DNA of 64,000 nt from Gilliamella apicola (GTDB lineage Bacteria; Pseudomonadota; Gammaproteobacteria; Enterobacterales; Orbaceae): positions 164,582 through 228,581 of the forward strand of contig NZ_QGLR01000010.1 of assembly GCF_003202655.1 (NCBI RefSeq), in the 5' to 3' direction. The notes under the pieces were generated by a model that saw nothing but the letters and a program-made list of their open reading frames with translations, had not been told where the DNA came from and made no database searches. Below, piece after piece: positions 52,875-63,633 of the stretch. The translations under genes were made by a program, and so were the position numbers. Each line of letters opens with the position of its first letter. The first letter of the stretch is position 1.

Positions 52875-55800
52875 ATGTCAGAAATCCAAGACCAGCAACA
52901 AACATCAATTGATAAAGCCGTCGCGGAAGGCGGAGCTTATGAAATTCTTCGTAAACGTTTAACCTCTTTAGGACAAGAACTTAATCAAAAGACGGAAGCC
53001 CTTAATCAACAAAGGCTATCTGAGTTTGGTAAAAGTGACATGTCCATCATTAGTCGTATTCGAATTAGAACTGAAAATAATTGTGTCGCACGGGATATTG
53101 TTCGTTTTGGTGACTGGCTATTATTTGGTTATAACGTCTATTTAGGATTAAAAAAAGGAACCAAAATAGAGGATGTATTTTCCCTTTATCAATTAGTAGA
53201 ACGTGATGGCTCTTATGAGGCTGATCCAGTTGATTTGTCTAATACATTCTTAAATATAGATCGATTTATCCAAGATTTTAATGAGCTGTATACTTATTAT
53301 AAAAATGCTCAACTACTCCAGCTTGTTGAACGTGATGGAAAACTACTCGCTAGTTTTCAAATTGGTGAGCGAATCAGTGATATTCGAGTTTTTAGATGGT
53401 CCATATCAAGTGACAAAAAGACCATTGAGTATATCGATAATCGGGGTGAACGAGACATCGCATTACCACCCGCATATGATTTTGAATGGATCGAAACAAC
53501 CCGTGAAAATATTGTTAATGGTCGATTTCCACATGTTAATGTTCTTGATACGGTATTTGTTGAAACCATCGGTGGCGACTTAACCATAAAATGTGAAAAT
53601 AACACCAATGATGGTTTAGGTATTTATCGAGAGGAAGTTGTTGATCAGAATCAATCAATTAATGACGCGAAAATAGAATATGCTAAAGTGGGATCATTAA
53701 TCTTATTAAAAGTCCTACCTTACCGAGAAGAAAATTGGCGTTATCTTGTATATAACACCTTAACTCAACAAGTCCATCGTATAGACTTTATTGGACAGGC
53801 ATGTATTCAACTTCCTGAAGATCATGGGATTATATTTCCTGGTGGATATTACTTACAAAATGGTGATTATAAAACTTTTGACCATTCGATGTCAGGCATG
53901 CGTTTTCGACGTATTCGCCGTTCACCAAATGGTGAGGATGTGTTATATATTTTCTATGATCCAACTAACGGTCGATTAGCATTATTTAATTATAATATGA
54001 TCGAACGAAAACTGGATAATCCGATATTAGGACATGGATATGCGGTTTTTGAAGATGGTCGAATGGTGGTCTTTGAAGGTGAAAATGATGAACCAACTCG
54101 GGTACATCCAATGCAGATTTGGCAAACACCTTTTTATAGTGATGAATTTGCCGCACAACAACCAACTAATAACAGCTTCCTTGGCAAAATAGGTAATGCC
54201 GAACTGGTTCGCGGCATTTCAGATCTTTACTTTATTTCGCGTGAAATCGATAACCAAACCGTCTCTTCACAGCTATATAGCAAACTTAGTGAGGATACCA
54301 AGAGACTTTTCGATAACTATTTTTGGCTCAATGACGATAAACATTTAGCCTTCTCCCCTATTCTGCGTAATATTACCCAAACGAGTGAACTGGTTATTGA
54401 TGAATATGAAAAAGTCGAAAGTATTCGTCGTCAATCAGAAAGCGCGATGCGTGAGGCTCTCTCTAATCAGCAAGATTTATTAAGCAAACTTTATCCGGAT
54501 AGTTGGCACGAAACCCAAGAATTTGTTGATGCATTAAATGCCATAAAAATGCAACTTGGCAGTTTAGTCACGTTAAGAACTTATCGTTACATCGATTTAA
54601 ATCAAATCGATAAAATGGAAAATGAACTAAAAACCAGACAGAGTGAGGTTTCATTAGCCACTGCTGAATTTTTAGGAAGTGATAAAGCGCTTGAACCATT
54701 CAATGTTAAAATTGACAATATCGAGCAGCAGCTTAGCAAAGCAGATACGGTAGCGAAATTACTCAATTCGGTAGAAATTACAGAAACCATGTCTGCTGAT
54801 TTGGATATGCTTTCACAATTAATCGCAACCCTAAAATTTGATGATGTTACTTTACAAACCAGAATCATCGAATCCATTGCCGAAGTCTATGCAAAACTCA
54901 ACCAAACAAAGGCTAAGATCCAACAAAAACGAAAAAATTTAGCCAATGTTGAAATGGTTGCACAATTTGGCGCCCAATTTAAATTATTTGGTCAAAGCAT
55001 TGCCAATGCCCTAAGTATGGCAACCACGCCAGAAAAATGTGATGATGAGCTATCTCGTCTTTTACTACAACTAGAAGAGCTTGAGAACCAATTTAGTGAA
55101 AGTGAGGAATTTCTTAATGATATTCTAACTAAACGTGAAGAAATCCTAGAATCATTCGAAACACATAAACAAGCGTTATTAGAGGATAGAACCAGACGGA
55201 CGGATGCCCTACTAACCGCTGCACAACGTATTTTAGACAGCATCCCAAGAAGAACCGCTAAATTTGCCGATCAAAATGAACTTAACGCTTTCTTTGTTGC
55301 TGACCCATTGGCGCAAAAAATCCGTGAAATTGTCGAAAAATTAAGAGCACTTTTTGATAATGTTAAAGCCGATGATATTGAGTCCAAATTTAAAAGTGCC
55401 CAAGATCAAGCCATACGATCCTTACGAGATAAATCGGAAATATTTGAATCTGGTGGAAATGTCATTAAACTAGGTCCACGGCATAAATTTAGTGTTAATA
55501 CCCAAGAGCTTGATTTAACCATAGTGCCTAAAGATCAGCATCTGTTTATGCAATTAACTGGGACTGAGTTTCAAGAAAAAATAATCAATGAGCAATTAGA
55601 AGCCTATAAGCCATTTTGGACGATTTCATTAGAATCAGAATCACCATCGGTATACCGTGCAGAGTATCTCGCCTATTCGATCATTACTGCTGCTTTACAA
55701 AAAGAGAGTGGATTAACTTATGTCGATTTAGCTAACCAGTTAAATCAACCTGAAACGCTTAATAAAACAGTGCGTGATTTTGCCACAATGCGCTATCGTG

Positions 55801-57809
55801 AAGGTTATGAAAAAGGGATTCATGACCACGATGCGGCTAAAATTCTAACAAAATTGATTCCTCTTGGCGAAGCGGCTGGTTTACTGCGCTATAACCCGTT
55901 AGCACGAAGCTTAGCCATTATTTATTGGCACTATAACCAAAAAAATGATATTGCCAAATTCTGGCCAGAACGTGCGAAAACTTGTATGGATATCCGAAAG
56001 TTATTCAGTCATGATGAAGGAATAATTAATCTTCAAGCGGAAATCTCTCAACAATTGACAGAATTTTTCAATGATAATCCAATTGCTCATCAGCCATTCC
56101 ATATTAAACAAGCGTCTGAATATCTTTGCTATGTATTAGCTCAAACGCCACAACAATTTATTTTCAGTAAATATAGCAAACAATTATTTGATGGATTAAA
56201 AAATCAACTTGAACAATCGCATATGTGGGGTGATTTCAATCAATCACAAAATAATCTTAATGAAAGATTAGCAGAACGTTGGAATCTAATCGAAAGTTGG
56301 CTTAAAGGGCTTTGCACATTACCTCTGTATAGCAAACTAAACAATTATATTGCTGAAGCTGTAATTTTAAATATCTTGGATAAAGCAGATAGCCTAACAA
56401 TCAGTGAGGTTGAACTTGAAGTATCGATTACCGATCTACTCGGTGAACACCCAACCATTAATCAAGGCGTGTTAAATATTAATTTAGATGACTTCTTTAG
56501 CCGTATGCGTTATCAATATAAAGTGGTTATCCCACAATTCCAACACTACCAAAGTTTACGTCAAGAAATATTAGTAAACCAACGTGAAGCACTCCATCTT
56601 GATGAATTCAAGGCTAAACCACTTAGCTCATTTGTTCGTAATAAACTGATAAATCAAGTTTATTTACCAATCATTGGCGACAATCTAGCCAAACAAATGG
56701 GTACCGTCGGAGAAACGCGTCGTAGTGATTTAATGGGATTATTACTCCTCATTTCACCACCTGGCTATGGTAAAACCACATTAATGGAATATGTTGCTAA
56801 TCGTTTAGGTTTAATTTTTATGAAAATTAACGGGCCGGCATTAGGTCACAGTGTATTGTCGTTTGATCCTGAACAAGCACCAAATGCAACCGCTCGTCAG
56901 GAGTTAGAAAAACTCAATTTAGCACTGGAAATGAGCAATAACGTTATGCTCTACATTGATGATATTCAACATACCAATCCAGAATTTTTACAGAAGTTTA
57001 TCTCATTATGTGATGGTTCTCGCCGTATCGAAGGGGTTTGGAAAGGTAAAACCAAAACCTATGATCTGAGAGGTAAAAAATTCTGTGTAATAATGGCTGG
57101 TAACCCTTACACAGAATCTGGCGAAGTATTCAAAATACCTGACATGCTAGCCAACCGAGCTGATATCTATAATTTAGGTGAAGTACTCGGCGGTATGGAT
57201 GAAGTATTTGCAACCAGTTATATTGAAAATTGCTTAACCTCTAATGCAACATTATCACCATTAGCCTTACGCGATTTAAATGATCTCTATCAGTTTATTG
57301 ACCATGCACAAGGCAAACCACTTAATACCAATGAGATGAGTTATAGCTATAGCCAAGCAGAAATTAGTGAAATTGTCGCCGTAATACGTCATTTATTAAA
57401 AATTCGTGAAGTGGTATTTAAAGTTAATCAGCAATATATTGCAAGCGCGGCTCAATCAGACAAATATCGAACTGAACCTGCGTTTAAACTGCAAGGAAGT
57501 TATCGAAATATGAATAAACTTGCTGAAAAAGTGTCATCCGTCATGAATGATGCAGAGCTCAATCAAATTATTGATGATCACTACCTCGGTGAGGCACAAC
57601 TACTCACCAATGGCGCAGAAGAGAACTTACTGAAACTGGCTGAAATTCGTGGAGTAATGACGGAAGATGAGACTAATCGCTGGCAACAAATAAAAAGTGA
57701 CTTTATGCGCAATAAAAGTTTAGGTGGCGATGATGCGAATACCGGCTCACAAATTGTCACCCAACTTGCCGATTTAGTGCAAAGTGTGCAAGCGTTGAAA
57801 TTACAGTAG
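52875..57809 (+). CDS. Very large (1644 aa) multidomain protein with a C-terminal AAA+ ATPase domain. Function unknown.
   Basis: One Walker A (LLLISPPGYGKTTL, about aa 1290), Walker B (VMLYIDDIQ), a sensor/arginine region (KFCVIMAGNPYTE...IPDMLANRADIYNL) and a central coiled-coil-rich region. No TM segments. The N-terminal about 450 aa are not recognisable. It begins 105 nt after the flotillin gene. Confidence 0.8.
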   Translation: MSEIQDQQQTSIDKAVAEGGAYEILRKRLTSLGQELNQKTEALNQQRLSEFGKSDMSIISRIRIRTENNCVARDIVRFGDWLLFGYNVYLGLKKGTKIEDVFSLYQLVERDGSYEADPVDLSNTFLNIDRFIQDFNELYTYYKNAQLLQLVERDGKLLASFQIGERISDIRVFRWSISSDKKTIEYIDNRGERDIALPPAYDFEWIETTRENIVNGRFPHVNVLDTVFVETIGGDLTIKCENNTNDGLGIYREEVVDQNQSINDAKIEYAKVGSLILLKVLPYREENWRYLVYNTLTQQVHRIDFIGQACIQLPEDHGIIFPGGYYLQNGDYKTFDHSMSGMRFRRIRRSPNGEDVLYIFYDPTNGRLALFNYNMIERKLDNPILGHGYAVFEDGRMVVFEGENDEPTRVHPMQIWQTPFYSDEFAAQQPTNNSFLGKIGNAELVRGISDLYFISREIDNQTVSSQLYSKLSEDTKRLFDNYFWLNDDKHLAFSPILRNITQTSELVIDEYEKVESIRRQSESAMREALSNQQDLLSKLYPDSWHETQEFVDALNAIKMQLGSLVTLRTYRYIDLNQIDKMENELKTRQSEVSLATAEFLGSDKALEPFNVKIDNIEQQLSKADTVAKLLNSVEITETMSADLDMLSQLIATLKFDDVTLQTRIIESIAEVYAKLNQTKAKIQQKRKNLANVEMVAQFGAQFKLFGQSIANALSMATTPEKCDDELSRLLLQLEELENQFSESEEFLNDILTKREEILESFETHKQALLEDRTRRTDALLTAAQRILDSIPRRTAKFADQNELNAFFVADPLAQKIREIVEKLRALFDNVKADDIESKFKSAQDQAIRSLRDKSEIFESGGNVIKLGPRHKFSVNTQELDLTIVPKDQHLFMQLTGTEFQEKIINEQLEAYKPFWTISLESESPSVYRAEYLAYSIITAALQKESGLTYVDLANQLNQPETLNKTVRDFATMRYREGYEKGIHDHDAAKILTKLIPLGEAAGLLRYNPLARSLAIIYWHYNQKNDIAKFWPERAKTCMDIRKLFSHDEGIINLQAEISQQLTEFFNDNPIAHQPFHIKQASEYLCYVLAQTPQQFIFSKYSKQLFDGLKNQLEQSHMWGDFNQSQNNLNERLAERWNLIESWLKGLCTLPLYSKLNNYIAEAVILNILDKADSLTISEVELEVSITDLLGEHPTINQGVLNINLDDFFSRMRYQYKVVIPQFQHYQSLRQEILVNQREALHLDEFKAKPLSSFVRNKLINQVYLPIIGDNLAKQMGTVGETRRSDLMGLLLLISPPGYGKTTLMEYVANRLGLIFMKINGPALGHSVLSFDPEQAPNATARQELEKLNLALEMSNNVMLYIDDIQHTNPEFLQKFISLCDGSRRIEGVWKGKTKTYDLRGKKFCVIMAGNPYTESGEVFKIPDMLANRADIYNLGEVLGGMDEVFATSYIENCLTSNATLSPLALRDLNDLYQFIDHAQGKPLNTNEMSYSYSQAEISEIVAVIRHLLKIREVVFKVNQQYIASAAQSDKYRTEPAFKLQGSYRNMNKLAEKVSSVMNDAELNQIIDDHYLGEAQLLTNGAEENLLKLAEIRGVMTEDETNRWQQIKSDFMRNKSLGGDDANTGSQIVTQLADLVQSVQALKLQ

Positions 57810-58136
57810 AGGGCGATTAATCAGTGTCTTTATATAGGTTATAAATATAATTTTAGGCTTGATTTTTAATGTTTTTACTCACTATGTTGAGGAAATTGCT
57901 AGAAGATAAGCCTCAAAACCTTTATTAAACCTCGACAGTTGATAAGAGTTGAGCACAAACACTACAGTTACAATATTGTGTAACAATTAAAAACAGTTAC
58001 ACAATTGTAAATTTAAGCCTTTGTGCTTACTACTATCATCCTAAATCGGTAGTCTATTTATCTAAATTTAATCAAAAATAGAACTGGTTTATTGAATAAA
58101 AAGTTAACATTTGAAATATTGGTTTGGAGAAAATAA

Positions 58137-58514
58137 TTAATGATTTTTAATCTTGTAGATATTAACTGTTCCTCGTTTTCTCATGATTATTTCTGCTACT
58201 AATACCATCTTTTGCAAAAGCGCCATATCAAATTCCTTTCCATTTTCAAAATAGATTCTAGCTAGACCTGATATGTAATTTTTTATCGTATCATCATTTT
58301 TTAAATTATTAATTTGAAGAGTATAATTGTTAACAAAATCATCAAATATATGCTTTTCATCATAATTTATTTTATCAATTTCTTTTTGAGACAGATTCTT
58401 TAATACATCTAATCCATATCCATCAGTGGCTAATGGCTGTTCATTCAAATATTTTCTTTGAAATTCTGCAAATCTCAGCAAAATTTCATTAATACTTTCT
58501 ATTAAATTATCCAT
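58137..58514 (-). CDS. Hypothetical small protein in the AT-rich island
   Basis: 125-aa ORF. A paralog-like remnant of its N-terminus (DNLVRVISNECL versus DNLIESINEIL) lies at about 58900..59040 on the same strand. Confidence 0.4.
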   Translation of the reverse strand: MDNLIESINEILLRFAEFQRKYLNEQPLATDGYGLDVLKNLSQKEIDKINYDEKHIFDDFVNNYTLQINNLKNDDTIKNYISGLARIYFENGKEFDMALLQKMVLVAEIIMRKRGTVNIYKIKNH

Positions 58515-59516
58515 AAATTTTGAAATTATCTTGATGCTATTAGATTACCTATATCTTTGCACTAATAATTAGTGCAATTGATATGATAAAAGTTTTCGAA
58601 CTACAGCAACTTTTAATAATATTCCTGTCTTATTCTTTGTTAACCGAGCTACTTTGCAACGGTTATTATAGTTTTTTACTACTTTTATTACCGTTATTCA
58701 ATGCTTAGTATTGGCAGATCTCGTACCAATTAGATCTATTCTTCTACCAAAGCATCCTAATTAAAATCTATCATTTTGAATTTTCGATAATAAAATAAAT
58801 ATTATTTTTATTACATAATTTTTCTAACAATCCTACTCACTCATTCCTGAGAATGAAATGGGTTCTTAGCAAAGCTGGATATTTAACGAAAAACTTCAAT
58901 TTTGCATTTCATCATCGCTATCAAGATATTCTTTAATGATACTTTTTATATTATTGAAATACGTGTAGTTGCTAAGACATTCATTAGATATTACTCTGAC
59001 TAAATTATCTAAATCCTTAAATTTTAGTACTTCTCTATCATTATAAATTTTTTATTTAGCGTTTATATAATGTTACTTTTTCTATTTATCAGTACTGATA
59101 TAACTTATATTTTATCAGTATTGATTATCATCATAGACATATACTTTTATAACCTTTACATCAAAAGTTGAAATCTTTTTATGATTATTATTAATATCAT
59201 CAATTATTGAATTCTCAATATTGTTGCAATTCCACCTAGTTAGTGCCTATTAAACGCTACCATTGTAATTTTAATTGCATGTCATTAAATTGAAACTCTA
59301 TTTTCCTAACTATACAGTCTATCCTAGTTTAGATTTAAATATCAAAGTATTGCTTTATATGCAAAAACACATTGTTTTGCCAAAGATAACCATAAATGTT
59401 ATTACTATAAATCTTATTACTACAAATATTTACACGTTTTTATTCCTGGCGATAATCTTGAACTTATCACTAAGCTGAACACCTAAATAGTTTAGTCAAT
59501 TTAATCAAGTTAGTTT

Positions 59517-59984
59517 TTATTTTATTATTTCAATTATTCCCAAAAATAAAATTACGTATCTACCAGAATTCAGTTCTGAAACCGCAAAACAAAATAATAA
59601 CCACCTGTTTTTTATACTTTTAAAAGTAAAACACGGCGAGAAATCCATATTTTTGACATAATAACATTTGAATTCATCAGGATTGTTATATTTAGGCGTT
59701 TTAGATTTCAATTTTAATTGGTCTACTATTTGATTATAAAACAATTTTTTATCTTCTATATTGATCAAATTTCTTCTTATCAAAATAGATTGGCTAAATA
59801 ATGAAAATGTTGAAAGGTAATTATTGGCAAAATCGGAAAAAATAATTTCAATTTGCTCATTATCTATATCATAGATAAAAGTCTGTTTATACAATAACTC
59901 TAATGTCCCATCAAATAATGTTTCATATTTGATATATTTTTTATTCTGTATTCTTTTTATCTGCATTGTATACGATTTAAACAC
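59517..59984 (-). CDS. Hypothetical small protein in the AT-rich island
   Basis: 155-aa ORF with no motifs recognised. GC content is very low. Confidence 0.35.
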   Translation of the reverse strand: MFKSYTMQIKRIQNKKYIKYETLFDGTLELLYKQTFIYDIDNEQIEIIFSDFANNYLSTFSLFSQSILIRRNLINIEDKKLFYNQIVDQLKLKSKTPKYNNPDEFKCYYVKNMDFSPCFTFKSIKNRWLLFCFAVSELNSGRYVILFLGIIEIIK

Positions 59985-60064
59985 CCATCTTCACTATGTA
60001 AATATCCGATTGTTAGTACATAAATCAACGAGAAAATTATGCCATTTTGTCTGCAATATAAGCC

Positions 60065-60559
60065 CTAATAAGGGATACCTTTAATACTCTCTAGCCATTT
60101 TTGATAGTATTGATGTAATTCCATAACAGTTATAATTTTATCTGAACTCTCTTCAGGCGAAAAAATATTAATTTTTATAGGATTTTTTGATAATCTTTCA
60201 CCTAAATCTAATTTGACAGTATAAAGTGAATAATTAGCTCTAGGTATCATAAAATATCCATATGAACAGCCTTTTATAAGCATTTTTATGCTATTTTTTT
60301 CAACTTTAGTACACAAACCATAAAAAGCATTACTCAGCCTATCTGAACTATTCACAAAAATATTACCAAGTTCATCCATATATTTCATAAAATAAATTGT
60401 ATAAGTACCTGTAAATTTATATTTTTTATTAAAAATCAGATCATATATTTCGGGATCATCAGTTTTTTGTGTCCATAAACTGATTGTGGCTTTTATGCTT
60501 TGATTTTTGGAATCTAAACAAGCTAAATTAAAGCTTTGACAATTTTCTTTATTGTTCAT
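60065..60559 (-). CDS. Hypothetical small protein in the AT-rich island
   Basis: 164-aa ORF with no motifs recognised. Confidence 0.35.
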   Translation of the reverse strand: MNNKENCQSFNLACLDSKNQSIKATISLWTQKTDDPEIYDLIFNKKYKFTGTYTIYFMKYMDELGNIFVNSSDRLSNAFYGLCTKVEKNSIKMLIKGCSYGYFMIPRANYSLYTVKLDLGERLSKNPIKINIFSPEESSDKIITVMELHQYYQKWLESIKGIPY

Positions 60560-61335
60560 TATTTTTATATTACTCGTTGTTTTTTCGATTCATAACTACA
60601 AATTTTGTTATCAGGATAAGAACTATAACCCTTTAAAATTTTATTTAGATCAAATCGTTTACTATCATCAATTTCAATTTTTTAAAGGAAATCTTTTCTT
60701 GCATAATAATTGGTTATAAATTCCAATTCATATTCTAAACAATAACGATATATTAAGCACACAGAATCGAAAATACTTTATCGGCAATTTTAACTCATAC
60801 TGCAATGTCGACACTTCTTCATACAACAAAGTTGAAGGATAACGTTTTGTTAAATGCCGTCGCATCAAAAAACTAGTGAGGAATGCAGCGGATTGTTGTA
60901 GTACCAATATGCATAAGCAGAAAAACCTTGTCTGGATTCATTGTTTTAGTTCATTGGTTTAGTTCATTGGTATCGGTGAATACCTTATTTTTGACAAATT
61001 AAGTTGTAATTGTCTTAAATGTCACTTTAGTAACAACATTATCGTAAGGACATGCTTTGTGGCTGAATGAGCAAGTGATAGCCAATAACTCAAATCAACT
61101 ATCAATTAATTATCAAACCCTTTTCCTCGGCCAAAATGACATAGTACGATTGAGGATAATGGTGCTTTAATTGGGCTTAGCTGGCTCAACAAGTTCGGCT
61201 ATTTTATGTTGCCCGACACTGAATCCGACTATTTTTCATGTCGAGAGTTTTAGTAATACACAATGATAATGATCTCATACTTATTTGTTAAATTTTTTTG
61301 TGTAATGCGTTACCTTGCTCGGCCGCTTTTGTATA

Positions 61336-61554
61336 CTAATAAAACGCCTTTTGCTTATCTTGCTCTGTGCCCTCACCATCATCATACATATAGTCTAAAA
61401 AAAATTGGGCTTCAGCATTACCTTGCTCAGCATCTTTCTTACAGGGAGTAAAGGCTTTTTTGTAATTTTCCTTGTACCAATATTCACTGCATTGATTTGC
61501 ATACCCGGCAAAAGAAAATAAGAGTGATAATATGACTAATAATCCTTTTTTCAT
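61336..61554 (-). pseudogene. Truncated Sel1-repeat lipoprotein/secreted protein paralog. It has a nonsense mutation in the first repeat.
   Basis: Signal peptide MKKGLLVILSLLFSFAGYA plus a first Sel1 motif identical in pattern to 61858..63330. The reading frame ends at a TAG exactly where the paralogs have TGG (AFYW/YTKAAEQG). Homology breaks off about 15 codons later. Confidence 0.7.
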
Positions 61555-61777
61555 GATTTTCCTTTTATTATATTTATATTAATAACGAAAACTTACTTAC
61601 GCTTTTTAAGTGTTATTTTAGGAATTAACTATCAATGTATTTATAAAATTTATACAAAATTATTAATAGGATTTTTTATAAAAAATCTAAGAAAACTATA
61701 ACGAGTTTTTCATAAAAAATCATTGATAGAATGGCTATTTTGAGCCAAATTAAAAATGCATCAACGCATGATTGTTC

Positions 61778-61812
61778 TGTGGAAAAAAAGAAAAAGCACT
61801 CATTGAGTGCTT
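61778..61812. terminator. Intrinsic terminator downstream of the Sel1 gene. An identical module lies at 63556..63590.
   Basis: AGCACTCA-t-TGAGTGCT hairpin flanked by A/T runs. It is part of a roughly 300-bp intergenic module duplicated with each Sel1 gene copy. Confidence 0.65.
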
Positions 61813-61857
61813 TTTTGTGAAAAATGGTGATTTAAAGCGTTTTTTTAAATAATTTAA

Positions 61858-63330
61858 TTATTCTGTTAGTTGCTCTAATTTATTACAAGCCTTTCCAAGA
61901 TGCCCTTCACAAGCTAGTTGGTAATACTTTTTCGCTAAAGATTTATCTTGCTCAATACCATCACCTTTATCATACATACGCGCTAAACGATATTGTGCTT
62001 CAGCATCACCTTGTTCTGCTACTTTTGTATACCAATAGGCAGCTTTAACTTTATCCTGCGCTGTGCCTTCACCTTCATAATAGATAATCGCTAAATTATA
62101 TTCAGCGTCAGCATTACCTTGCTCTGCCGATTTTGTATACCAATAAAGCGCCTTTTGCTTATTTTGCGCTGTACCATCACCGAAATAATACATATTCCCT
62201 AAATTTTTTTGTGCAATGGGGGAACCTTGCTCCGCCGCTTTTGTAAACCAATATAACGCCTTTTGCTTATCTTGCTCTATGCCATCACCCTTATAATACA
62301 TATTCCCTAAATTGTTTTGCGCCGCAAACTGGCCTTGCTCCGCGGCTTTTGTATACCAATAAAACGCCTTTTGTTTATCCTGCTCTATGCCGTTTCCTTC
62401 ATCGTAAATAAGCGCTAAGTTATATTGGGATTCAGCATCATCTTGTTCTGCTGCTTTTGTATACCAATATACCGCCTTTTGCTTATCTTGCTCGGTACCA
62501 TCACCATGACTATACATAAACGCTAAATTTTTTTGTGCTTTGGCGTAACCTTGCTCTGCCGATTTCGTATACCAATAAAACGCCTTTTGTTTATCTTGTT
62601 CTGTGTCATCACCTTCATCATACATATACGCTAAATTAAATTGGACTTCAGCATTGCCTTGTTCTGCTGCTTTTGTATACCAATATACTGCTTTTTGTTT
62701 ATCTTGTTCTATACCATCGCCTTTACTATATATAACCGCTAAATTATTTTGTGCGCTAAATTCACCTTGTTCTGCTGCTTTTGTATACCAATATACTGCC
62801 TTTTGTTTATCTTGCTCTATGCCTTCACCGTCACTATACATAAGCGCTAAATTATATTGGCCGTGAGTATTACCTTGTTCTGCTGCTTTTGTATACCAAT
62901 AAAACGCTTTTTGTTTATCTTGCTCGGTGCCTTCACCGTAATAATACTTATTCGCTAAGATGTTTTGAGCGATGGAGTTACCTTGTTCCGCTACTTTTGT
63001 ATACCAATATAATGCCTTTTGTTTATCTTGTTCCAAGCCATCACCTTTATCATAAATGACCGCTAAATTATATTGGGCGTCAGCATTGCCTTGTTCTGCT
63101 GCTTTTGTATACCAATATACCGCCTTTTGCTTATTTAGTTCGATGTCATCACCTTCATCATACATATATGCTAAAAAAAATTGGGCTTCAGCATTACCTT
63201 GCTCAGCTTCTTCTTTACAGGAAGTAAAAGCTTCTTCACTACTTCCCATAAGCCAATATATTTTACATTGATTTGCATAAACAATAGAAGAAAGTAAGAG
63301 TGATAATATGATTAATAATCCTTTTTTCAT
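61858..63330 (-). CDS. Secreted Sel1-like repeat (SLR/HcpA-like) protein with about 12 tandem Sel1 repeats
   Basis: Signal peptide MKKGLLIILSLLLSSIVYA. Reiterated 36-aa units (AEQGNAEAQYNLAxMYxxGxGxEQDKQKAVYWYTKA). C-terminal Cys-containing tail. Confidence 0.85.
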   Translation of the reverse strand: MKKGLLIILSLLLSSIVYANQCKIYWLMGSSEEAFTSCKEEAEQGNAEAQFFLAYMYDEGDDIELNKQKAVYWYTKAAEQGNADAQYNLAVIYDKGDGLEQDKQKALYWYTKVAEQGNSIAQNILANKYYYGEGTEQDKQKAFYWYTKAAEQGNTHGQYNLALMYSDGEGIEQDKQKAVYWYTKAAEQGEFSAQNNLAVIYSKGDGIEQDKQKAVYWYTKAAEQGNAEVQFNLAYMYDEGDDTEQDKQKAFYWYTKSAEQGYAKAQKNLAFMYSHGDGTEQDKQKAVYWYTKAAEQDDAESQYNLALIYDEGNGIEQDKQKAFYWYTKAAEQGQFAAQNNLGNMYYKGDGIEQDKQKALYWFTKAAEQGSPIAQKNLGNMYYFGDGTAQNKQKALYWYTKSAEQGNADAEYNLAIIYYEGEGTAQDKVKAAYWYTKVAEQGDAEAQYRLARMYDKGDGIEQDKSLAKKYYQLACEGHLGKACNKLEQLTE

Positions 63331-63633
63331 AATTTTCCTTTTATTATATTTATATTAACAACGAAAACTTACTTATGCTTTTTAACTGATTTTTAGGGAT
63401 ATTAACTACCAATGTATTTAGAAAATTTATACAAAATTATTATTAAGATTTTTATAAAAAATCTAAGAAAACTATAACGAGTTTTTCATAAAAAATCATT
63501 AATAGAATGGCTATTTTGAGCCAAATTAAAAATGCATCAACGCATTATTGTTCTGTGGGAAAAAAAGAAAAAGCACTCATTGAGTGCTTTTTGTGAAAAA
63601 TGGTGATTTAAAGCGTTTTTTTAAACAATTTAA

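Noticed and set aside
62603-63271. Plus-strand ORFs within the Sel1 gene (62603..62866, 63056..63271).
   Set aside because: They are antisense translations of the periodic Sel1 repeat DNA.
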